From positions 1 to 32,068 of the forward strand of contig JAJOKM010000043.1 of assembly GCA_021129835.1 (NCBI GenBank): a stretch of 32,068 nt of DNA. Reading direction: 5' to 3'. Positions 7,864-16,205 of this stretch are shown here, piece after piece. The position numbers and the translations under genes are program-made. The stretch is from Thermodesulfovibrionales bacterium. Lineage in GTDB: Bacteria; Nitrospirota; Thermodesulfovibrionia; Thermodesulfovibrionales; Dissulfurispiraceae. The notes under the pieces were generated by a model, which searched no databases, was not told the DNA's origin, and worked only from the letters and a program-made list of their open reading frames with translations. Position 1 is the stretch's first letter. Every line of letters begins with the position of its first letter.

Positions 7864-7945
7864 AATCTTTTTAACAACATTCTTTCTGTTTCAACTCTTA
7901 GTTGCACCATGCATTATCTATCCTTCATCCTCACCGGCGCACTGG

Positions 7946-9121
7946 CTATGGTCTTGTCATAACGGGTGTCTTCCTCTCTGCTTGTGCGGAGTGCGCAGAT
8001 AGGTCTTTTTTCTGTTCGTTCATTACCTGTGTCTGAAACATTATCCTGAGGTCGTTAGGATTGGAGCTCGCATCAAGGGCGTCTTCTTTTGAGAGGACAT
8101 TATCTTCGACTAATTTAAACAGGTGCTGGTTAATAGTCTGCATCTTGTAGAGCTCCGTTGACGATGCAATTGCCTTATCGATAGCGTCGAGCTTTCCATC
8201 GATAATCAATCTCTTTATTGTTGGAGTATTCATCATTATCTCCATTACAGCCACTCTGCCTAATCCATCTGATCGTTTCACTAATCTTTGCGTTATAACT
8301 GCTATTAATGACATTGCTATTTTTACCCTTATGTAGTTATGCATATCAGGCGGAAAGGAATCGATTATCCTGCTTATCGATTGCTTCGCATAATTTGTAT
8401 GGAGTGTGCTCAAGGCCAGATGTCCGGTATCGGCTGCTGATAGAACTGCGTGTATTGTCTCTGGGTCTCTCATTTCACCAACAAGTATTATGTCGGGGTC
8501 TTGCCTCATTGCCCTCTTAGTAGCTTCCGAAAATGAGCGCGTATCAATGCCTACTTCTCGCTGATTTATAGTGCACTTTTGATCTTCAATGATGTACTCC
8601 ACCGGGTCTTCGATGGTAACTATGTGTTTCTGAACATTTCGATTCAGATAGTCTATTATCGCTGCAAGGGTCGTTGTTTTACCGCTCCCTGTCGGGCCTG
8701 TAATGAGAATTAGCCCCTGTCTGCTGAGTGCTATCTCTTTTAAAACCTCCGGCAACCCGAGGTCATCCATACCCCTGGCTTTTGAAGGAATAATTCTCAT
8801 AACTGCGCCAATAGTGCCTAACTGGTAAAACATATTAACTCTGAATCTTGTCATGTTTTCTGCTACATATGAAAAGTCCAGTTCCAGCTCTTCCTCCAGT
8901 CTTTTTCTCTGAATGCCTGTAAGCATTGAGGATAAGATCTCCTCCATCTCCTTTTTTCTTACAAGAGGATATCCTGTGAGGTGCAGATCACCCTCTATCC
9001 TCATCAAGGGAGATCTCCCAACCTTTAGATGGAGATCTGACCCACCTCTTTCGACTAATGCCCTTAAATATCCTTCTATCTTCATATCTTTTTCAATAGC
9101 AGTTATCGGTTTACGGTTCAC
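7946..9121 (-). CDS. PilT-family type IV pilus retraction ATPase paralog (PilU-like)
   Basis: It has Walker A GPTGSGKTTT, Walker B/Asp box DPDIILVGEMRD and His box GHLALSTLHT. It lacks the PilT-specific AIxNLIREGK motif, having TIKRLIIDGK instead. The GTG start at 9121 lies inside a repeat, and ATG at 9085 (MKIEGYLRAL..) is an equally plausible start. Confidence 0.85.
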   Translation of the reverse strand: MNRKPITAIEKDMKIEGYLRALVERGGSDLHLKVGRSPLMRIEGDLHLTGYPLVRKKEMEEILSSMLTGIQRKRLEEELELDFSYVAENMTRFRVNMFYQLGTIGAVMRIIPSKARGMDDLGLPEVLKEIALSRQGLILITGPTGSGKTTTLAAIIDYLNRNVQKHIVTIEDPVEYIIEDQKCTINQREVGIDTRSFSEATKRAMRQDPDIILVGEMRDPETIHAVLSAADTGHLALSTLHTNYAKQSISRIIDSFPPDMHNYIRVKIAMSLIAVITQRLVKRSDGLGRVAVMEIMMNTPTIKRLIIDGKLDAIDKAIASSTELYKMQTINQHLFKLVEDNVLSKEDALDASSNPNDLRIMFQTQVMNEQKKDLSAHSAQAERKTPVMTRP

Positions 9122-9166
9122 GGTTCACGGTTAAAGAAACTGTAAACTGTAAACTGTAAACTGTCA
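9107..9166. repeat. Heptad-periodic hairpin (copy e) between pilT and the pilU-like gene
   Basis: The sequence is CGGTTTA CGGTTCA CGGTTCA CGGTT-AAAGA-AACTGTA AACTGTA AACTGTA AACTGTCA. Hand pairing on the plus strand gives 26 positions: 20 Watson-Crick, 4 G:T and 2 C/A mismatches. Confidence 0.85.
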
Positions 9167-10225
9167 TTTTGCTGATAATTTGAGTTTTAATGTATCAGGA
9201 TTATTGGTCTTGCCAAAGGCATCCTCAACTGTTATTAATTCACTCCTAACAAGCTCTGACAAGGATGTCTCGAAGGTGCACATCCCATATCTTGCACCAG
9301 TTTCTATAGAGCTATATATTTGATGGGTCTTCCCTTCCCTAATAAGGTTTGAAATGGCATTTGTGATTAGCATTACTTCTCTTGCTGCAACTCTGCCATT
9401 GCCGTCCATACGAGGCAACAGTTGCTGGCATATAACCGCCTGAAGTGTGGAAGCCAGTTGAACCCTTATCTGTCGTTGCTGGTGGGAGGGAAAGACATCG
9501 ATTATTCTGTCTATTGTCTGTGGCGCATTCTGGGTATGGAGTGTTGCAAATACCAGGTGTCCGGTCTCTGCTGCCGTGATAGCCAAAGAGATGGTCTCCA
9601 GATCCCTCATCTCACCTACCAGTATTACATCGGGGTCCTGTCTGAGTGCGTGTTTCAGGGCAATACTAAAAGAGACGGTATCTGCGCCAACTTCACGCTG
9701 TCTTATTATGCATTTTTTATGACTATAAACAAATTCTATCGGGTCTTCAATGGTTAATATGTGGTCATGCCGTTCTGAATTTATAATATTTAGCAGAGAT
9801 GCCAGAGTGGTAGTCTTTCCAGACCCCGTAGGCCCTGTGACCAGTACGAGCCCCCTTGGAAGTTTAGTCAGTGAGATTATTGCAGCAGATAGTCTTAAAT
9901 CCTTTGGTGATGGAATTTGACTTGGGATCAATCTCATTGCCGACTCAATGCTGTTCCTCTGGGAAAATACATTGATACGAAATCTTCCAATGCCTGGGAC
10001 GCCGTACGAAAAATCTATCTCGCGGTTTTCTTCAAACCTCGCAATCTGATCCTGATACATTATACTGTAGATCAACGCCTTTGCATCTTCTACTGATAGT
10101 TCAGGAAAATCCGGCAGTGGCAGTATCTGCCCGTTAACCCTGATCATCGGGGGTTTTTTGACAACAATATGTATGTCAGATGCCTTTGCATCTACAGCAG
10201 CATGAAGGATGTTAATTATATCCAT
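9164..10225 (-). CDS. pilT: Type IV pilus twitching-motility ATPase PilT
   Basis: It has Walker A GPTGSGKTTT, DPDVILVGEMRD, GHLVFATLHT and the PilT signature AISNLIREGKTHQI. I place the start at ATG 10225 (MDIINILHAAVDAKASDIHI), preceded by GGGGG. The track's upstream 27 codons are encoded by a repeat. Confidence 0.92.
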   Translation of the reverse strand: MDIINILHAAVDAKASDIHIVVKKPPMIRVNGQILPLPDFPELSVEDAKALIYSIMYQDQIARFEENREIDFSYGVPGIGRFRINVFSQRNSIESAMRLIPSQIPSPKDLRLSAAIISLTKLPRGLVLVTGPTGSGKTTTLASLLNIINSERHDHILTIEDPIEFVYSHKKCIIRQREVGADTVSFSIALKHALRQDPDVILVGEMRDLETISLAITAAETGHLVFATLHTQNAPQTIDRIIDVFPSHQQRQIRVQLASTLQAVICQQLLPRMDGNGRVAAREVMLITNAISNLIREGKTHQIYSSIETGARYGMCTFETSLSELVRSELITVEDAFGKTNNPDTLKLKLSAK

Positions 10226-10243
10226 ATCGCCCCCTTGGTATGA

Positions 10244-10331
10244 GATGTGAGGACGAGAAGGTGTGAAGATGAGAAGGTGTGAAGGTGTGAATTCACAACT
10301 TCTCATCTTCTCGTCTTCTCATCTTCACAAC
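10244..10331. repeat. Imperfect palindrome of short tandem units centred on GTGAATTCAC, in the divergent pilT/secA spacer
   Basis: GAAGATGAGAAG (10265-10276) is the exact reverse complement of 10299-10310. GACGAGAA (10252-10259) pairs with TTCTCGTC (10308-10315). The central 10-bp palindrome lies at 10287-10296. Confidence 0.85.
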
Positions 10332-10403
10332 TGTACTCATATTACCCATGTGCCCTTTGATTACCTGCTTGCATAATGCACCAAAAGTGATTTATTATAA
10401 AGT

Positions 10404-13082
10404 ATGCTCAGTTTTTTAAGCAAGATATTCGGCACAAAAAACGAAAGGGAATTAAAAAGATTATTAGAGATAGTAGATGGTATAAACAAGCTTGAATCAC
10501 AGGTCGCATCCCTTAGCACCGAGCAACTCGCCGCAAAGACAGAAGAATTTAAGAACAGACTAAGCTCAGGCAAAACAATTGATTCTATTTTAAAGGAATC
10601 CTTTGCCGTTGTGAGAGAGACATCAAGGCGTCTCTTAAACATGCGACACTTCGATGTTCAGTTAATTGGCGGCATTGTGCTTCATGAAGGCAAGATAGCC
10701 GAGATGAAGACAGGCGAAGGTAAAACCCTTGTTGCCACCCTGCCTATTTATTTAAACGCCCTTGAGGGCAGAGGGGTACACCTGGTAACAGTAAATGATT
10801 ACCTCGCAAAAAGGGATATCCTCTGGATGGGACCTATATATCACTTTCTGGGACTTTCTGTAGGCTTAATACAGCATGGCAACTCATTTATTTTTGATCC
10901 CGCCTATGTTTCTGATGATAAAAGATTTAATCATTTGAAGCCATGCACCCGGAGCGAGGCATATCTGGCAGATGTAACATATGCTACCAATAATGAACTT
11001 GGCTTTGACTATCTTAGAGATGGAATGAAATATGATCTGTCTGATTATTGCCTCAGGGAGTTAAATTATGCGATTGTGGATGAAGTCGACTGCATCCTTA
11101 TAGATGAGGCGAGGACACCACTCATAATATCAGGACCGGCAGAAGAGTCGACCGATAAATATTACAAGATAGACAGAATAATCCCAAACCTAAAAGCGGA
11201 TGAGGATTTCAAGATAGATGAAAAACTCAAAACCGTCATTCTTACAGAATCTGGTAGCTCTAAGGCAGAAAAGCTCCTCGATGTCAGCAATCTGTATGAT
11301 CCAGGCAATATAGGGCTTGTGCATCATGTACTCCAAGCAACAAAAGCTCATCACCTGTTTGCAAAAGATGTGGATTATGTGGTGAAGGACGGAGAGGTGC
11401 TAATTGTAGATGAGTTTACAGGAAGGCTTATGCAAGGAAGGAGATGGAGCGATGGCCTGCATCAAGCTGTCGAGGCCAAAGAAGGAGTTAAAATAGCAAG
11501 TGAAAATCAGACTCTTGCTACCATTACCTTTCAGAACTATTTCAGGATGTACAACAAGCTCGCAGGTATGACAGGTACTGCGGATACCGAGGCGGCAGAA
11601 TTTGCGCAGATATATAATCTTGATGTTATTGCTGTGCCTACAAATAAACCAATGCTGAGAACAGAAAATCCTGATAGGATATATAAAAATCATAATGCAA
11701 AGTTCGGCGCCTTGATAAATGAAATTAAAGATCGCCATGAGAAAGGGCAACCTATTCTTATAGGAACTACATCAATCGAGAAATCAGAGGTAGTGAGTCA
11801 CTTATTAAAAAAGAATAAGATAAACCATTCAGTCTTGAATGCCAAACATCATGAAAAAGAGGCCGATATTATTGCCCAAGCCGGAAGGTTAGCTGCAGTA
11901 ACAGTTGCTACAAACATGGCGGGCAGAGGTACAGATATTGTTCTGGGCGGTAATCCAGAAAGGCTCAAGATGGAATTCTTGAAAGACAAAAAAAGGTATT
12001 CAGAGGAAGACCTTGAGTCAGCATATAAGAAGGCAAAAGAGATATGCGACAGAGAAAGAGAGCAGGTTTTGGCCGCCGGAGGGCTGCACATAATCGGCAC
12101 CGAACGTCACGAGTCACGGAGAATAGACAATCAGCTTCGAGGCAGGGCAGGTAGGCAGGGTGATCCGGGGTCGTCAACCTTTTATCTCTCTTTGGAAGAT
12201 GACCTTATGAGAATCTTCGGTTCTGACAAGATAAACAGCTTGATGAACATGCTGCAGATAGATGAAGAGACGCCCATCGAGAATAAAATGGTCACAAAGG
12301 CTATAGGAAATGCGCAAAAAAAGGTCGAGGCGCACCACTTTGATATGAGAAAGCATCTACTGGATTATGACGATGTAATGGACAACCAGCGGAAGGAGAT
12401 ATACTCATTCAGACGAGATATATTGCAAGGTAAATCTTTACAGGACAAGATACTGGAAATGATAGATGGCGAAGTGGATGAAATTCTCTCTGTTTATTGT
12501 CCGGAAGATGCAGATATCGATGAATTGGACTTAGATGGCCTTGTTGACGCTATATATGGGTTGTTTTCGATTAGATTGCAGATAGATGATTTTGAAGCCA
12601 TTGATGACATAAGGGAATTGATTATATCAAATGTAAAAGAGGTATATAAGAATAAGGAAAAGGAAGCGGATCCTAAGTTTATGCGCTATATCGAAAAGAT
12701 GATATTCCTACAGGTGATCGATACCCGCTGGAAAGATCATCTCCTCAGTATAGACCATCTAAAGGAGGGTATAGGGCTGAGAGGGTACGCCCAGAGAAAT
12801 CCCCTTGTCGAGTATAGAAAAGAGGCCTTTGGTCTTTTTGCAGACATGTCTCGAAGGATTACCACTGAGGTCCTAACAAGGCTGTTCAAGATCCAGATAA
12901 GACGTGAAGATGAAAATGCTATAAAGATGGAATCTCATCAGAATCTTGTTTATTCTAAGAAAGCAGAAAGCAGCGAGGATTCAAAGCAGCAACCTATACA
13001 GAAAGGGAAAAAGATCGGAAGAAATGACCCCTGCCCTTGTGGAAGTGGTAAGAAGCATAAGAAGTGTTGCGAAACAAGATAG
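10404..13082 (+). CDS. secA: Preprotein translocase ATPase SecA
   Basis: The N-terminus is [10 protein letters not shown]. Motor motifs are [14 protein letters not shown] and [19 protein letters not shown]. The C-terminal zinc-binding tail is [13 protein letters not shown]. The ORF is 892 aa. Confidence 0.97.
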   Translation: MLSFLSKIFGTKNERELKRLLEIVDGINKLESQVASLSTEQLAAKTEEFKNRLSSGKTIDSILKESFAVVRETSRRLLNMRHFDVQLIGGIVLHEGKIAEMKTGEGKTLVATLPIYLNALEGRGVHLVTVNDYLAKRDILWMGPIYHFLGLSVGLIQHGNSFIFDPAYVSDDKRFNHLKPCTRSEAYLADVTYATNNELGFDYLRDGMKYDLSDYCLRELNYAIVDEVDCILIDEARTPLIISGPAEESTDKYYKIDRIIPNLKADEDFKIDEKLKTVILTESGSSKAEKLLDVSNLYDPGNIGLVHHVLQATKAHHLFAKDVDYVVKDGEVLIVDEFTGRLMQGRRWSDGLHQAVEAKEGVKIASENQTLATITFQNYFRMYNKLAGMTGTADTEAAEFAQIYNLDVIAVPTNKPMLRTENPDRIYKNHNAKFGALINEIKDRHEKGQPILIGTTSIEKSEVVSHLLKKNKINHSVLNAKHHEKEADIIAQAGRLAAVTVATNMAGRGTDIVLGGNPERLKMEFLKDKKRYSEEDLESAYKKAKEICDREREQVLAAGGLHIIGTERHESRRIDNQLRGRAGRQGDPGSSTFYLSLEDDLMRIFGSDKINSLMNMLQIDEETPIENKMVTKAIGNAQKKVEAHHFDMRKHLLDYDDVMDNQRKEIYSFRRDILQGKSLQDKILEMIDGEVDEILSVYCPEDADIDELDLDGLVDAIYGLFSIRLQIDDFEAIDDIRELIISNVKEVYKNKEKEADPKFMRYIEKMIFLQVIDTRWKDHLLSIDHLKEGIGLRGYAQRNPLVEYRKEAFGLFADMSRRITTEVLTRLFKIQIRREDENAIKMESHQNLVYSKKAESSEDSKQQPIQKGKKIGRNDPCPCGSGKKHKKCCETR

Positions 13083-13099
13083 CCTGACTATGCTTTATC

Positions 13100-13224
13100 G
13101 TAATAGTTCACCTGTATTTTTCCCCCTCTTTGGCAAAAAGGACTTGCTATGTCTAATTCCCCTCTTGAGAGGGGTGGACGCGGAGCGGACGGGGTGTGTA
13201 ACAGTGGTGAGAAATACACACCCC
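13100..13224. repeat. Degenerate B-family element (B3) downstream of secA
   Basis: The left terminus GTAATAGTTCACC (13100-13112) is identical to the family consensus. Internal features are the hairpin CCCCTC-TTGA-GAGGGG and the 9-bp stem GGGGTGTGT..ACACACCCC (13191-13224). The right terminus is only weakly recognisable (GGTGAGAAATACAC). Confidence 0.6.
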
Positions 13225-13309
13225 TAAATCCCCTCTTGATAAGCTCATCATGTTTCGCATTTTTGACTTAACACAGGGAGGGCATAACAGGCCGAAATAA
13301 ATATTTAAA

Positions 13310-13493
13310 GGATACTGTCATTCCCGCTCAAAGGACTGCGGGGTAGGCAATTTAAATATCAAATATCAAAATGCAAAATGTTTTCAAGAAAATAATAATG
13401 ATGTTTTTTAAAAACTTTTTACGACTTCATCAATTTTGATATTTAAATTTTGATTTTTGATATTATTTAAGGTGCGGGACCGTGGAAATGACA
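13310..13493. repeat. GTCATTCCCGC-family copy C2 interrupted by a nested ~125-bp AT-rich element
   Basis: Positions 13310-13343 and 13472-13493 together match the reverse complement of 285-350. The intervening DNA is bounded by perfect 15-bp inverted repeats, AATTTAAATATCAAA (13349-13363) and TTTGATATTTAAATT (13435-13449). Confidence 0.8.
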
Positions 13494-14507
13494 ATCAGAG
13501 ACTTTTACAAGAGAAGCTCTTATCATGAAAAGTTATTAATATCAGTTATTTACAAAATACCCTCCTGTGTCAAGTGTGCGCTAAGGTCAGCCCCTGGCGG
13601 GAGAGGGTTAGGGGGAGGGGGAGTTAAACTATTACTTGTAACCTTATTCTTGATATTTTTAATCTCAGCGTCTTCGTCAGTTTATGCCGGGGCATTCTCT
13701 TTTTGTGAGGACAATACAGTAATTGGATTTGCCAGAACCTATAAAAACATCGACGATAGATCTTTGATCGAGATAGCGAGAGAGTTTGGAATTGGTTACA
13801 ATGAGATAGTCGATGCAAATCCAGATCTTTGTTCCTTCGTACCAGGAAAGGGCGTATCTGTCAAGATACCTACATTATGGATATTGCCTGATGTATATTT
13901 AGCGGAAGGTATTGTTATAAACCTTTCCGAAAAGAGGCTTTATCTCTTTTTTGAACAAGGTGGTGTATGGATGGTAAGGACATTTCCTGTTGCAGTAGGC
14001 CGTAAAGGATGGGAAACACCGCTTGGAGACTTCAGGATAATAGAGATACTGGTGGGTCCACCCTGGCATGTGCCTAAATCTATCAGGAAAATAAGACCTT
14101 GGTTGCCGGCGGTAGTGCCGCCAGGGCCGGATAACCCCCTCAGCTCACATGCATTAAGGCTTTGTCTGTGGGTTTATTCAATACATGGAACAAACAGGCC
14201 GTGGAGTATCGGCAGGAGCGTTACTGCTGGATGCGTGAGATTATATCCCGAGGATATCCCGGTGCTCTTTCGACAGGTATCGATCGACACCAGCGTAATA
14301 ATTGTTAGACAACCTATAAAAGTAGGGACAAGAAATGAGAGGGTATATATAGAAGTGCACAGGGATCCATGGAAAAAAGATATAGATTTTTTCAGCAAGG
14401 CAGTAGAGTTGCTGAAAGAGAGGAATCTGCTTGAAAATATAGATACGAAAAAACTCTATAATGCCGTTAAAAGAAAAAGCGGGGTTCCTGTTGTGATCTC
14501 AAAGTGA
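13482..14507 (+). CDS. L,D-transpeptidase (YkuD domain) with LysM domain; start uncertain
   Basis: The YkuD catalytic motif is SIHGTNRPWSIGRSVTAGCVRL. A LysM-like segment is SLIEIAREFGIGYNEIVDANP. The signal or anchor segment is KLLLVTLFLIFLISASSSVYA. The first ~47 codons overlap repeats C2 and B4. Confidence 0.88.
   Translation: MEMTIRDFYKRSSYHEKLLISVIYKIPSCVKCALRSAPGGRGLGGGGVKLLLVTLFLIFLISASSSVYAGAFSFCEDNTVIGFARTYKNIDDRSLIEIAREFGIGYNEIVDANPDLCSFVPGKGVSVKIPTLWILPDVYLAEGIVINLSEKRLYLFFEQGGVWMVRTFPVAVGRKGWETPLGDFRIIEILVGPPWHVPKSIRKIRPWLPAVVPPGPDNPLSSHALRLCLWVYSIHGTNRPWSIGRSVTAGCVRLYPEDIPVLFRQVSIDTSVIIVRQPIKVGTRNERVYIEVHRDPWKKDIDFFSKAVELLKERNLLENIDTKKLYNAVKRKSGVPVVISK
13591..13635 (+). repeat. 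Solo half copy of the B-family element (B4) inside the ldt 5' region
   Basis: CCCCTGGCGGGAGAGGGTTAGGGGGAGGGGGAGTTAAACTATTAC is near-identical to the minus-strand reading of 6283-6325. A G4 motif GGG-AGA-GGG-TTA-GGGGG-A-GGGGG lies at 13599-13621. Confidence 0.8.
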
Positions 14508-14508
14508 G

Positions 14509-14548
14509 ACATCCCGCAAAATCTTTATATAAAAACTTTGCGGGATGT
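14509..14548. terminator. Hairpin between convergent ldt and lpp-like genes (putative bidirectional terminator)
   Basis: A perfect 12-bp stem pairs ACATCCCGCAAA (14509-14520) with TTTGCGGGATGT (14537-14548) around a 16-nt AT-rich loop. No clear U-tract follows on either side. Confidence 0.5.
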
Positions 14549-14561
14549 AAAACAGTCTAAA

Positions 14562-14912
14562 CTATTTTATCAACATCAATTCAAATGCCTTCCTGGCTTT
14601 TTCAAAGGCGGCTGCGGCCTTCTTTGCAGCAATCTCTGCGCTCTCTGCAGCAGCTCCTGCCTCCCCTTCAGCCTCTCTTGCGACGTTCATCGCCTCCTGA
14701 GCCATATTCAGGGCATTCCGTGCCTCTTCTCTGGCTGCCACTACCTCGGCTGAGAGTCCATCAACCTTACCTTCGAGATCGGTTATCTGGATTTCGAGGG
14801 CCGCAATCTTGGCTTCCAACGGCTCTGTCTGCTCCAATACAAACGTTTGTGTAGCGCATCCAAAGGAAAAAAGAAACGGGACCATCATTGCTACTAGCAA
14901 TACCTTCTTCAT
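14562..14912 (-). CDS. Lpp-like alanine-zipper lipoprotein ending in Lys
   Basis: The signal peptide has a lipobox-like FSFGC. The mature part is Ala/Glu-rich with heptad character (LEAKIAALEIQITDLEGKVDGLSAEVVAAREEA...). The C-terminal residue is K (..ELMLIK). A strong RBS GGAGGTG precedes the ATG. Confidence 0.75.
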   Translation of the reverse strand: MKKVLLVAMMVPFLFSFGCATQTFVLEQTEPLEAKIAALEIQITDLEGKVDGLSAEVVAAREEARNALNMAQEAMNVAREAEGEAGAAAESAEIAAKKAAAAFEKARKAFELMLIK

Positions 14913-15193
14913 CGGTTTTCACCTCCTCATCTTTAAAAAATAGAGCTGCCAAGCAGTCTCTTCTTCAAAAAAACAAGTGTTAACATATTGATTATTCATA
15001 TCTTTATTTAGTTTCATAAGAATTTAGATTTACAAGGAATAATACAATTAAACAAATAAAAATTCAAGTGCTCAGATGTTGAAACAAGTTCAGCACATAA
15101 CCTCCAGGGGCAATATGCAGACTTTTGTAAGGGGCCTTCATTTAAGCTATATCGAGAAATTAGATTGCCATATCTAAAAAGAAATGTTACCAT

Positions 15194-15323
15194 AATTGAT
15201 GAAGTCGTAAAAAGTCTTAAAAAGCATTTTTCCGTCATTCCGACTTGCTCGGAATCGTTCCCTGTCTTTAAGAAGGATTCCCGACAAGCGGGAATGACGA
15301 CTTTTTGCGAGTTTATCATAATT
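15194..15323. repeat. Palindromic GTCATTCC-family element C3
   Basis: The termini AATTGATGAAGTCGTAAAAAGTC (15194-15216) and GACTTTTTGCGAGTTTATCATAATT (15299-15323) are imperfect inverted repeats. The central long hairpin pairs CGTCATTCCGACTTGCTCGGAATC (15233-15256) with GATTCCCGACAAGCGGGAATGACG (15276-15299). Confidence 0.8.
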
Positions 15324-15372
15324 TACAATGGGTTTTTAGGAGAAACCGCACAGAAGGGTTTAGAGAGGTTAA

Positions 15373-16119
15373 ATGACACCGCTTATTCTTGTTACAAATG
15401 ATGATGGAGTTCACTCACCTGGGATAATTGCCCTTTTTGAAGATATGAAAAAGGTTGGGAACGCTTATATTGTTGCGCCGGACAGAGAGAGAAGTGCAGT
15501 GAGCCATGCCCTCACATTACATAGACCGCTAAAGGCAGATGAATTGCGTGAAAATGTCTTCAGTGTAAATGGTACCCCAACAGATTGTGTCGTCCTCGCC
15601 ATACATAGAATACTATCTAAAAAACCCGATATTGTCGTATCAGGAATAAATATGGGCGCAAATCTTGGTGATGATATTACCTATTCTGGCACTGTTTCGG
15701 CAGCAATAGAGGGGACCATCCTAAATGTTCCATCCTTTGCCATCTCATTGGCAGGAGACAAGCCATTTCATTATGAAACTGCGGCTGCATTTGCCACTGA
15801 GATTGCAAAATACATACTGAGCAGATCTCTACCATATGATACCTTGCTTAATGTAAATGTCCCTGATATGGCCAAAAACGAAATAAAAGGCATAAAGATT
15901 ACAAAACAGGGCAAAAGGATATACGACAACGCCATACGAGATATTTATTCCCCAAGAGGAGATAAGTATTACTGGATAGGCGGAGGAGAGCTATACTGGG
16001 AACGCGGAGAAGATATGGACAGTCATGCTGTGCAGAATAGTTATGTCTCTGTAACACCTATCCACCTCGATATGACAAACTACGAGGCACTGAGTGATCT
16101 AATCAAACATCCTATATAA
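15373..16119 (+). CDS. surE: 5'/3'-nucleotidase SurE
   Basis: The N-terminus is LILVTNDDGVHSPGI, with GINMGANLGDDITYSGTVSAA internally. The ORF is 248 aa. Confidence 0.95.
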   Translation: MTPLILVTNDDGVHSPGIIALFEDMKKVGNAYIVAPDRERSAVSHALTLHRPLKADELRENVFSVNGTPTDCVVLAIHRILSKKPDIVVSGINMGANLGDDITYSGTVSAAIEGTILNVPSFAISLAGDKPFHYETAAAFATEIAKYILSRSLPYDTLLNVNVPDMAKNEIKGIKITKQGKRIYDNAIRDIYSPRGDKYYWIGGGELYWERGEDMDSHAVQNSYVSVTPIHLDMTNYEALSDLIKHPI

Positions 16120-16205
16120 GGGCAGGATGCTTGGTTAGATCACGGATTATAACTTTTTCCTCCTTAAATACCTAATTCCTTCTTACATATGGAACGCCAG
16201 GCACG

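Noticed and set aside
10226-10306. 27-codon N-terminal extension of pilT in the ORF track
   Set aside because: It is encoded by the palindromic repeat at 10244-10331. ATG 10225 has a G-rich RBS and gives the canonical PilT N-terminus.
10357-10398. secA promoter call (TTGATT, CATAAT, TATTAT hexamers)
   Set aside because: The spacings I could read, 9 nt or a -10 element abutting the start codon, do not fit a sigma70 promoter. I did not annotate it.
14585-14952. ORFs 14585-14854 (+) and 14767-14952 (-) overlapping the lpp-like gene
   Set aside because: These are alternative-frame or antisense readings of an Ala-rich, GC-rich coding segment. Such segments stay open by composition, and no independent signals support them.
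13415-15214. Perfect 21-bp inverted repeat (CTTTTTACGACTTCATCAATT / AATTGATGAAGTCGTAAAAAG) flanking ldt plus the lpp-like gene, as a cassette boundary
   Set aside because: Each copy is part of a separate small repeat element, the nested insert at 13344-13470 and element C3 at 15194-15323. A degenerate third copy at 15299-15323 shows the motif is a family terminus, not a cassette end.
15014-15401. ORFs 15014-15319 (-) and 15165-15401 (+)
   Set aside because: Both are translations of the C3 repeat and its neighbours, giving peptides such as VIPTCSESF and SRQAGMTTFCEFI that are typical of repeat-encoded pseudo-ORFs. The plus-strand ORF also overlaps the real surE start.
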